From assembly GCA_031409335.1 (NCBI GenBank), contig JANNWY010000247.1, forward strand, positions 1 through 10,599: a stretch of 10,599 nt of DNA, read 5' to 3'. The notes below the pieces were generated by a model, which was given only the letters and a program-made list of their open reading frames with translations, searched no databases and had not been told where the DNA came from. A program made the translations under genes and the position numbers. Shown piece after piece: positions 1 through 6,152 of the stretch. This DNA comes from Chthoniobacteraceae bacterium. GTDB taxonomy: Bacteria > Verrucomicrobiota > Verrucomicrobiia > Chthoniobacterales > Chthoniobacteraceae. How positions within the stretch are numbered: position 1 is the stretch's first letter; the number at the start of each line of letters is the position of its first letter.

Positions 1-68
1 TTCGATCCGGGTCCGCGACCGAATAATAATGGGCCGAATGCTTGAAAAAACGGAGTGATGTTAGGCAT
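1..68 (-). CDS. Probable IS4-family transposase, N-terminal 22 codons (partial, continues beyond the left edge)
   Basis: ATG at 68-66 reads MPNITPFFQAFGPLLFGRGPGS and is open to the window edge. Its position just inside the IR is where a transposase start is expected. Too short for domain-level confirmation. Confidence 0.6.
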   Translation of the reverse strand, partial: MPNITPFFQAFGPLLFGRGPGS

Positions 69-123
69 ACTTACTTACCATTAACCACCCAGCGACATTA
101 GCAGCTTTTTATCCGCAATTGCC

Positions 124-141
124 CTTAACTTAATGCCATTC
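124..141. repeat. IS terminal inverted repeat (IRL), 18 bp
   Basis: CTTAACTTAATGCCATTC, 18/18 reverse-complement match to 10461-10478. Confidence 0.9.
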
Positions 142-257
142 CGATCTGACCCCTCGCTCTCACTGTTCCAGTTCTCGCGACGCTTCCATTCCGGGGTGGA
201 TGTCTTTGCCTCCCGGTGATCGCGTGGTAGTACTTGCCTCCCCGAAAACACAAGCGA

Positions 258-842
258 ATGAAACGCATCATCATCCATCTGACTCTCGCGGCGCTCTTCC
301 TCACTGGGGCGAGCCGTCTCCATGCGCAGAACCTCGTAACGAACGGCGGGTTTGAGAGTGGATTGACCGGATGGAGCAATAACACCAGCGGCGGTGCCAG
401 TGCGTCCTTCTCGGTGGAGACTTCAGAGCCTTATGCCGGCGCGAAAGCGATGGAAATTGCCGTCACCAATCCCGGCACCCAGCTTCATAACGTGCAGACC
501 CTCGGCCCCACTTTCGCTCTCGCCGTGGGCACTTCGACCACGATCACCTTTCGCGCACGCGCCACGACACCCGGGGTCAAAGTGCGCTTTGTGATGCAGA
601 ACAATACCTATAACAACAGGGAGTTCACACTCTCCACCGCGTGGGAGCGTTTCACCTGGCATCATACCACCACGGAGACCAGCCCGCGCCTTCGCATTCA
701 GTATCGCTCGGCGGGGACTGTTTGGCTCGATGAAATCTCGGCCGTGGCCAATCCCGCACCGGGGACCGGCATTCTTATTTCTTCCGATACCTCGATCCGG
801 CATCAGACTATTGACGGCATCGGCGGCGCGCTCACGTGGTAA
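258..842 (+). CDS. 5' part of the split gene: signal peptide + CBM4/9-type carbohydrate-binding module + first GH30 strand
   Basis: ATG 258 precedes a Sec-type signal peptide. NLVTNGGFESGLTGW ... LSTAWERF ... TVWLDEIS is a typical CBM4/9 pattern. Ends at the premature TAA. Confidence 0.6.
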   Translation: MKRIIIHLTLAALFLTGASRLHAQNLVTNGGFESGLTGWSNNTSGGASASFSVETSEPYAGAKAMEIAVTNPGTQLHNVQTLGPTFALAVGTSTTITFRARATTPGVKVRFVMQNNTYNNREFTLSTAWERFTWHHTTTETSPRLRIQYRSAGTVWLDEISAVANPAPGTGILISSDTSIRHQTIDGIGGALTW

Positions 843-851
843 GCCAGCCGG

Positions 852-2327
852 ATGATTTCCAGTCCGCACAAGGATGAACTGGAGGCGATGATTTTCGACG
901 ATCTCGGCCTTGATATCATCCGCCTCAAAAACTGGTATTTCCCCGCGGATTACCCGACCAACAAATCGCCAAGCAACATCCCCACGGCAAATGGCTACCA
1001 AGGAGCCTACAATAACAACAAAACATTCTACGACATGGCGAAGGAGAATGGCCGCGACATCAAAGTCCTCCTCTCCTCTTGGAGTCCGCCCGCAAATCTC
1101 AAAACAAACAACGACCTCCAAAACGGCGGCACCTTGAAAAAGGTCAACGGACAATACGTCTATGCCGACCTTGCCCAATACTGGGTCGATCTGCTCGACA
1201 ACTCGAATTGGACGCCCGACTACCTCAGTTTCCAAAACGAGCCGGGCTGGGTGGCAGCACACGAGACGTGCGATTTTGCCCCCACGCAGACCACGAGCCT
1301 CGCTGGCTACGCCGAATCTCTGGACGCCATTCACAACCGCATCAAGACTCGTCCGCAGGTGCCGGTTCTCGTCGGCCCGGAATCGGAAAGCATGAACAAG
1401 TTTCTCACCCAGGTCGTGCCGCTCCGCACCAAACCGCATCTCGGCATCAACGCGTTCCACAACTACAACATCGGCGACGCGGCGGGAATCGACGGCGCAA
1501 TCTCGAGTCTCAACCAAATCCGCACCGAGACCACAACCACCGGACGCCCGAACTGGATGTCCGAATTCTCAAAAGGCGAATTCAACTGGCTGGAGACCGC
1601 GAAGGTCATTCACAACACCCTCGTCGAGGCGAACTCCTCGGCCTACATCTTTTGGAAACTCGTCTGGGGAAATTCCACCAACCCCGATGAGATCATTTTC
1701 AACATCGATGGCGCGGGAAACTACGTGAAGGGCGACACCTACTACGCCATCAAGCACTACTCCAAACACATCTCCCGCGGACATCAGCGCTTCGAGGTGA
1801 CAAACTCCGGCACCAACACCAACGTGCGCGCCTCCGGATTCATCAATCCTGCGGGCAACAAACTCACCCTCATCGTCCTCAACACCGGCAGCACCGACGA
1901 TGTGATTTCCCTCCGCTTTCCCGGACTGCCGGTCGCCTCCGCCACCGGTTACCGGACGAGGCAGTACGACGTCGGCGGCTTTCCCTACAAATCGCTTGGC
2001 ACCGTGAATGTCGCCAACGATCAGACGCTGACCAAAAACTCGATCACCACTTTCGTCATCGATCTCGCCGATACGCTCAATCCCTATGACCCGGCACTCT
2101 TGCGCGTGGACGGAATTGCGCACCTTGGCGATCGCGTATCCCTCGCCATCCCCGCGCAGCCCGGCCACGGCTTCATCCTCTGGAAAGCGACCACACTCGC
2201 CGAGAGCTCCTGGCAGAAGGTGACCGATGCAGTCGTCACCGAAACCGACGGCCAGCTTTTCCTCACCGACCCAAACCCCGGCACCACCCGCGCATTCTAC
2301 CGCATCCAGCGCGACACGGACCTGTAA
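852..2327 (+). CDS. 3' part of the split gene: GH30 catalytic and beta-sandwich domains + C-terminal domain
   Basis: LGLDIIRL, SSWSPPANLK, QNEP, WMSEF, YYAIKHYSKHI and SGFINP...LTLIVLN are GH30 motifs. It lacks its own signal peptide and the first strand, so it is probably not an independent gene. Confidence 0.65.
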   Translation: MISSPHKDELEAMIFDDLGLDIIRLKNWYFPADYPTNKSPSNIPTANGYQGAYNNNKTFYDMAKENGRDIKVLLSSWSPPANLKTNNDLQNGGTLKKVNGQYVYADLAQYWVDLLDNSNWTPDYLSFQNEPGWVAAHETCDFAPTQTTSLAGYAESLDAIHNRIKTRPQVPVLVGPESESMNKFLTQVVPLRTKPHLGINAFHNYNIGDAAGIDGAISSLNQIRTETTTTGRPNWMSEFSKGEFNWLETAKVIHNTLVEANSSAYIFWKLVWGNSTNPDEIIFNIDGAGNYVKGDTYYAIKHYSKHISRGHQRFEVTNSGTNTNVRASGFINPAGNKLTLIVLNTGSTDDVISLRFPGLPVASATGYRTRQYDVGGFPYKSLGTVNVANDQTLTKNSITTFVIDLADTLNPYDPALLRVDGIAHLGDRVSLAIPAQPGHGFILWKATTLAESSWQKVTDAVVTETDGQLFLTDPNPGTTRAFYRIQRDTDL

Positions 2328-2437
2328 AGAAGCCATGTCAAACGCTATCATGTCCACCTCGTCAGGAAGAAGGCGGGATCAGGTTAGAAGTCAGAATTCT
2401 AACTCGCAAAACTGCCGATTCGGAAAGCAAAAAATTC

Positions 2438-2491
2438 AGCAAAAAGGGGTCGCTTCTACAGCAAAAAGGTGAGCAAAAAGGGGTCGCTTCT
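2438..2491 (+). repeat. 20-bp perfect direct repeat AGCAAAAAGGGGTCGCTTCT x2, with partial copies
   Basis: Full copies at 2438-2457 and 2472-2491. Partial AGCAAAAAGG at 2460-2469 and AGCAAAAA at 2426-2433. Confidence 0.9.
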
Positions 2492-2529
2492 GGAATTTCG
2501 CTTCGGTGTTTGCGGCGGCAGCACTGCGA

Positions 2530-2733
2530 TCACCCCAAATTCTTCCGCACGACCTGATGAGCCGATCGGTGAGTGTGCCGGCCTCGCGGATCTCCGCGCC
2601 GATCCGCCCGGCGAAGGCCGCAACGTCTCGATTCTCCGTGCAAACGATGATGCCTGGAGGAGTGACATCGTTTGCTGAAGCCGCTGGAAGTCCTGACGAT
2701 TGATGGTGAGCACGCAGCGATGTGAAGGGGCAA
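2530..2733 (-). pseudogene. Remnant (C-terminal half) of a DUF5615-family PIN-like protein with two frameshifts
   Basis: Joining three minus-strand frames gives HRCVLTINRQDFQRLQ / NDVTPPGIIVCTENRDVAAFAGRIGAEIREAGTLTDRLI / VVRKNLG*. This matches the R-x-VLT-x-NRxDF-xRL...GIIVCT...LIRV pattern I recognise for DUF5615 PIN-like proteins. The N-terminal half is absent. Confidence 0.65.
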
Positions 2734-2734
2734 C

Positions 2735-2810
2735 GGGGTCAGGTAGAAAGTCGCTCACAACAATGAAATCTTTTGGCGGCGAAGCCGCGGACGACTTTTC
2801 TACCTGACCC
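2735..2810. repeat. Palindromic mini-element (REP/REPIN- or MITE-like), about 76 bp
   Basis: GGGTCAGGTAGAAA (2736-2749) pairs perfectly with TTTCTACCTGACCC (2797-2810) and extends by GTCG/CGAC after a 1-nt bulge. Internal hairpin GCGGC-GAA-GCCGC at 2776-2788. Confidence 0.8.
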
Positions 2811-2818
2811 TCTGTTCC

Positions 2819-4729
2819 TCACTGGGTTTGATCAAAGGTGAGCGTGGTTTTCTGTGCGCCGCTTTCGATGGTGATGGGCACTTTCTTCGCGCGGGTTTCG
2901 TGCGGCGAATACGCGATCCGGAGATCGTAGCGGCCTGACTTTGGAGCTTTGAAACGGAACGTGGCGATGGAGTGGCCGTCGCCGCGTTTGTCGTCGTGGA
3001 CGTAGCCGGTGCCTATGTAGGGCTTGAACCCGCTGCTGGGTTTCCATTCGCCTTCCAGCGTGGCTTGCTGGTCATCGAGGACGATGCCGGGGAGCTTCGC
3101 AGGGGCGATGTTCATCGCTCCTTTTTGCTCGGGCGATGGCGCGGCGAGCACGGGGATTTCGAGCACTTGCTTCTGCGCCAGCAGACGTTCGCGCAGCGCG
3201 GGATAGGGCAGCTTCTGCACGGTCACGTTTTGCTTTGCAGCGAGTGCGGCGGCGACACCGGCGCTCTGGCCGAGGATCATCCACGTCGGCTCCACGCGGA
3301 TCGAGGAGATGCCCACATGCGTGCAGGAGAGCGCGACGGGAACGAGCAGGTTTTCACATTCGGCAGCCAGCGGCAGGATGCTGCGATACGGGATGTGATA
3401 GGCATAGCCGTGGCCACGACCGGGTATCCGCACCGGCATGATCGTGCCTTCATCGACGACGCCGTCCTTCGTCGCGACGCGCTGGCAGTCGTGCGAGTCG
3501 ATGGGGAATGACGAGACGACGATGGGGTCCTCCTTTTGCGGACTCTCCATGATGTCCTTCTGGCTGACGACAAACATGCCCTTCATGCGCCGGCCTTCGC
3601 GGACGTAGAGTTGCGGCGACCAGTGTCCGTAGCTGGCGAATTCATCGCGACAAAGGCCAAGTTCCGCGTGCTCCCTTCGCAGCGCCTCGGGCACCGCGGG
3701 GTCGGTGCAGAAAAAGTGATACAACTCCAAGGTGTATTGCTTGTGCGCTTCCCAGATCTTCGCGCGGCCTGCTTCGTCGGCCTCACTCCAGCCGTTGCAT
3801 GCGCCGACGAGGCCCATGGAGAACTGGCGCCCGATGCCATTGTTCGCATCAAACTTGCCGCCGGGGAGCGGATACAGATCCCACATCGCGACGGCCTTTC
3901 CTTTTGCAAAATAGCGCCGGATGACCTCGAAGCGCGCCGCGTCGTAGTGCGTCGGCGCGGGGAATGGCACGCGGTTCGCCGGGTCTTTCGTGAGGCAAAG
4001 CCGGAAGCTATAGACCATCACGTTCTTGTCGCCCGCATCCTCGGGGCCGGCGTCGTCCGTGGTGATGAGCGGTAGCAGTTTGCCCGCATCATCACGGCCC
4101 GAAATGCGCATCAGCGGCTTCGGGTAACGCGTCCCGGCGAGCGATTCGCCGAACTCCTTCCGCCCCTCGCGTCCGATGGTCCACGACACGCCCGCCGCCG
4201 CCATGAGATCGCCCTCGTAGCTGCAATCGATGAACACCTTCGCGCTGAAATCACCATCGCTGGTCCGCAGCCGCGTGATACGCGCGCCTTCCTTCGTGAC
4301 CGACTTCAGCGCGCGCTTCGTCAGCACCTGCACCTTCGCTTCATCGAGCATCTGCCTCGTGATCCGCATGGCCACGCCCGGCTCATACGTCCAGTGCTTC
4401 TGATCCTTTTCGCTGACCTTGTAAGGCAGTTTGACTCCGCGCGACGTGTAGTCCGCTTCGATGCGGGTATGCCATTCATCAAAGAGCCCCATCACCGTGC
4501 TGCGCACCGTCTGATTCGAGTCGCTGAAACACAGCCCGCCCGTATTCACCCCGCCGACATGATCCGTCGGCTCCAGCAGAATCACCGAAGCCCCCTCGCG
4601 CGCTGCAGCGATCGCCGCGCAGAAACCGCCCGGCGTGGAGCCATAGATGATTACATCCGCTTCTGCGGCGTGAAGCGCGGTCAGCGGAGCAAGCAGCAAG
4701 GCTATGAGGCAGGCAATGGGCGTTTTCAT
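2819..4729 (-). CDS. Secreted FAD-dependent oxidoreductase (FAD_oxidored type) with a xanthan-lyase/golvesin-like C-terminal carbohydrate-binding domain, probably C-terminally truncated
   Basis: Signal peptide, then DVIIYGSTPGGFCAAIAAAREG dinucleotide fold, FIDCSYEGDLMAAAGV, LYVREGRRM, YHIPYRSILP and SIRVEPTWMILGQSAG. The C-domain GIVLDD...GYVHDD...YSPHETRA ends abruptly at FDQTQ*. ATGA overlap with the upstream sulfatase (4726-4729). Confidence 0.9.
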   Translation of the reverse strand: MKTPIACLIALLLAPLTALHAAEADVIIYGSTPGGFCAAIAAAREGASVILLEPTDHVGGVNTGGLCFSDSNQTVRSTVMGLFDEWHTRIEADYTSRGVKLPYKVSEKDQKHWTYEPGVAMRITRQMLDEAKVQVLTKRALKSVTKEGARITRLRTSDGDFSAKVFIDCSYEGDLMAAAGVSWTIGREGRKEFGESLAGTRYPKPLMRISGRDDAGKLLPLITTDDAGPEDAGDKNVMVYSFRLCLTKDPANRVPFPAPTHYDAARFEVIRRYFAKGKAVAMWDLYPLPGGKFDANNGIGRQFSMGLVGACNGWSEADEAGRAKIWEAHKQYTLELYHFFCTDPAVPEALRREHAELGLCRDEFASYGHWSPQLYVREGRRMKGMFVVSQKDIMESPQKEDPIVVSSFPIDSHDCQRVATKDGVVDEGTIMPVRIPGRGHGYAYHIPYRSILPLAAECENLLVPVALSCTHVGISSIRVEPTWMILGQSAGVAAALAAKQNVTVQKLPYPALRERLLAQKQVLEIPVLAAPSPEQKGAMNIAPAKLPGIVLDDQQATLEGEWKPSSGFKPYIGTGYVHDDKRGDGHSIATFRFKAPKSGRYDLRIAYSPHETRAKKVPITIESGAQKTTLTFDQTQ

Positions 4730-6105
4730 GGCGATGCAGTCTTGGGCTTCCAGTGAGCGTCGAGTTTCGCGCGGAGTTCGGTAACAATTTCCAGGTGCGT
4801 GCTGGCGATGTTGGTCTCCTCATCTGGATCGGTTTCCAGATCATAGAGCATGGGCTTTGCGGATTGAAGCGTGGTTTCCAGCTCGGGAACCTGATACTTG
4901 TCGGGCGGAATTGTGTTCAGTACGCCTTCCGCTTCAAAGGTGCGTGGAAGAATCAGACGCCAGCGCCCGTCGGTGACCCAGCGCCACATGATATTCGCCG
5001 CCGGATCGTCCAGTGTTTGCGAGCGGATGGTGTAGTCTTCGCCAAACACATGCTTCCGCGATTCGACGGCTTTGGCGTCGAGCAAATTGACACCCCTTGC
5101 GCCTTGAGGTGCCGGTTTTCCGAGTGCGGCGAGCACCGTGGGCACGATGTCAACGGAGGATGCCAGGAAGTCCGACTTTGCGGGCGTGACGCGAGCGGGC
5201 CAGCGCACCAAAATTGGCGTTCGATGTCCCGCGTCAAACGGCGTAGTTTTGTTCTTGGGGGCGAACCATGCCACGGTCGGGGACTGAATCCAGCCATTGT
5301 CGGCCAGATAAATGACGATGGTGTTTTCGGCGAGCTTCTCGCGTTCAAGATGGTCGAGCAGTTCGCCGCAAGTTTCATCGAACCACTCGCACATGGCCCA
5401 GTAGCGAGCGATGTGGGGAGAGTCGGTTTTCGCAGCATACTTCTCGAACAGACGGTCCGGCGGCGTGTGCGGTGTATGCGGCATCATGGGCGCATACCAC
5501 ACGAAGAAGGGCTTATGCTGTTTGCGAGAATCGGCGATGAAGTCATAGATCGGCTTCAAACCCTGCCTACCAATGGCGAGCCCTCCGTCGCCGTGGCGAC
5601 TGCCCTGAGTCATGCCGTGCGTGAAGCCGCCGCGCGAGTAGTCGCCATGCCACCATTTGCCAGTTTGAAAGCTAAGGTAGCCCTCGCTTGCAAGCAGGCG
5701 CGGCAGCGTGGGCACTTTATCGAGCATGGCATTCCACTGCGCGGTGAGTTCGGGGGTGGAACCCCGTCCGCCTTTGGAATTGGCTTTAGCGCCTGGAGGC
5801 AACGGCGGGTCATTGGCTGTGACCTTGTGCTGATGCGGATAAAGCCCGGTGACCAGGCTCGCAAGACTGGGACAGCACACGCTGCTGGGGACAAACCCGC
5901 GAGGAAACGCAAGGCTCTGAGCCGCAAGCTTGTCGATGTGCGGCGTCTGAAGATGAGGATGCCGCATGAAGCCGTAGTCTCCGGCTCCCTGGTCGTCGGA
6001 AATGATGAAGACGATATTGGGTTTGGCCGGTGGCTTGGGTGCATCGGCAGCGTGAAGCGTCCCCAGCGGCGTGAGCAGCAGGGCAAAGATGAGCAGGTAT
6101 TTCAT
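4726..6105 (-). CDS. Secreted sulfatase (S1, formylglycine-type fold) with atypical CCPSL active-site motif
   Basis: KPNIVFIISDDQG, TPHIDKLA, CCPSLASLVTGLYPHQH, GKWW, NTIVIYLADNG and LYDLETDPDEETNIA. ATG 6105 precedes the signal peptide MKYLLIFALLLTPLGTLHA. Alternative start is GTG 6156, overlapping the upstream stop. Confidence 0.9.
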   Translation of the reverse strand: MKYLLIFALLLTPLGTLHAADAPKPPAKPNIVFIISDDQGAGDYGFMRHPHLQTPHIDKLAAQSLAFPRGFVPSSVCCPSLASLVTGLYPHQHKVTANDPPLPPGAKANSKGGRGSTPELTAQWNAMLDKVPTLPRLLASEGYLSFQTGKWWHGDYSRGGFTHGMTQGSRHGDGGLAIGRQGLKPIYDFIADSRKQHKPFFVWYAPMMPHTPHTPPDRLFEKYAAKTDSPHIARYWAMCEWFDETCGELLDHLEREKLAENTIVIYLADNGWIQSPTVAWFAPKNKTTPFDAGHRTPILVRWPARVTPAKSDFLASSVDIVPTVLAALGKPAPQGARGVNLLDAKAVESRKHVFGEDYTIRSQTLDDPAANIMWRWVTDGRWRLILPRTFEAEGVLNTIPPDKYQVPELETTLQSAKPMLYDLETDPDEETNIASTHLEIVTELRAKLDAHWKPKTASP

Positions 6106-6152
6106 GAGGTAGTTCGTGATGCGTGGGCTCGTGGCAGAGTTTTTTGCGCGAC

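Larger units (their letters stand above)
1..141 (-). mobile_element. IS4-family (IS4 subgroup-like) insertion sequence, left end (partial; runs off the window)
   Basis: 124-141 CTTAACTTAATGCCATTC is the exact reverse complement of 10461-10478. Read inward, GAATGGCATTAAGTTAAG resembles the E. coli IS4 terminal IR as I recall it (TAATGCCGATCAGTTAAG). The segment is AT-rich relative to the window, and an ATG-initiated ORF starts 73 nt inside the end. Confidence 0.85.
258..2327 (+). pseudogene. Secreted CBM4/9 + GH30 glycoside hydrolase with a Verrucomicrobia-type C-terminal domain, interrupted by one in-frame TAA (840-842)
   Basis: ORFs 234..842 and 852..2327 are in the same frame and read through as HQTIDGIGGALTW*ASRMISS. 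The stop falls inside the first GH30 motif (Q-x-I-D-G-x-G-x(4)-W-Y). Also present: signal peptide MKRIII...RLHA, NLVTNGGFE CBM4/9 start, acid/base motif YLSFQNEP (E at 1239-1241), nucleophile motif WMSEF (E at 1563-1565), and C-terminal RAFYRI. Confidence 0.85.

Noticed and set aside
206..242. TTGCCT-16nt-TAGTAC promoter candidate and TTGCCTCCC 9-mer repeated at 206 and 234
   Set aside because: Weak -10 match and a repeat short enough to be chance. It cannot be supported from sequence alone.
81..385. Minus-strand ORFs 81..323 and 125..385
   Set aside because: They cross the IS boundary and overlap the GH30 start antisense, with no protein-family features.
840..842. Genome-wide stop-codon reassignment or programmed selenocysteine/pyrrolysine insertion
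   Set aside because: The codon is TAA, not TGA or TAG, and TAA terminates other genes in this window at their expected ends.
423..2357. Long minus-strand ORFs 423..1517 and 1569..2357, and alternative-frame ORF 1079..1690
   Set aside because: Shadow ORFs of the GH30 gene in GC-rich DNA, with no recognisable motifs.
2426..2491. Possible mini CRISPR array
   Set aside because: Only two 20-bp copies with a 14-nt gap that itself contains a partial repeat. No cas genes.
2456..2758. 100-aa minus-strand ORF as an intact gene
   Set aside because: Only about 17 residues match the PIN-like pattern. The rest is out of frame or derived from the palindrome, so it is treated as a pseudogene fragment.
573..3703. 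GGGGTC hexamers inside coding regions (573, 3524, 3698)
   Set aside because: Expected by chance in GC-rich coding DNA, with no palindromic partner or junction nearby. Not counted as repeat copies.
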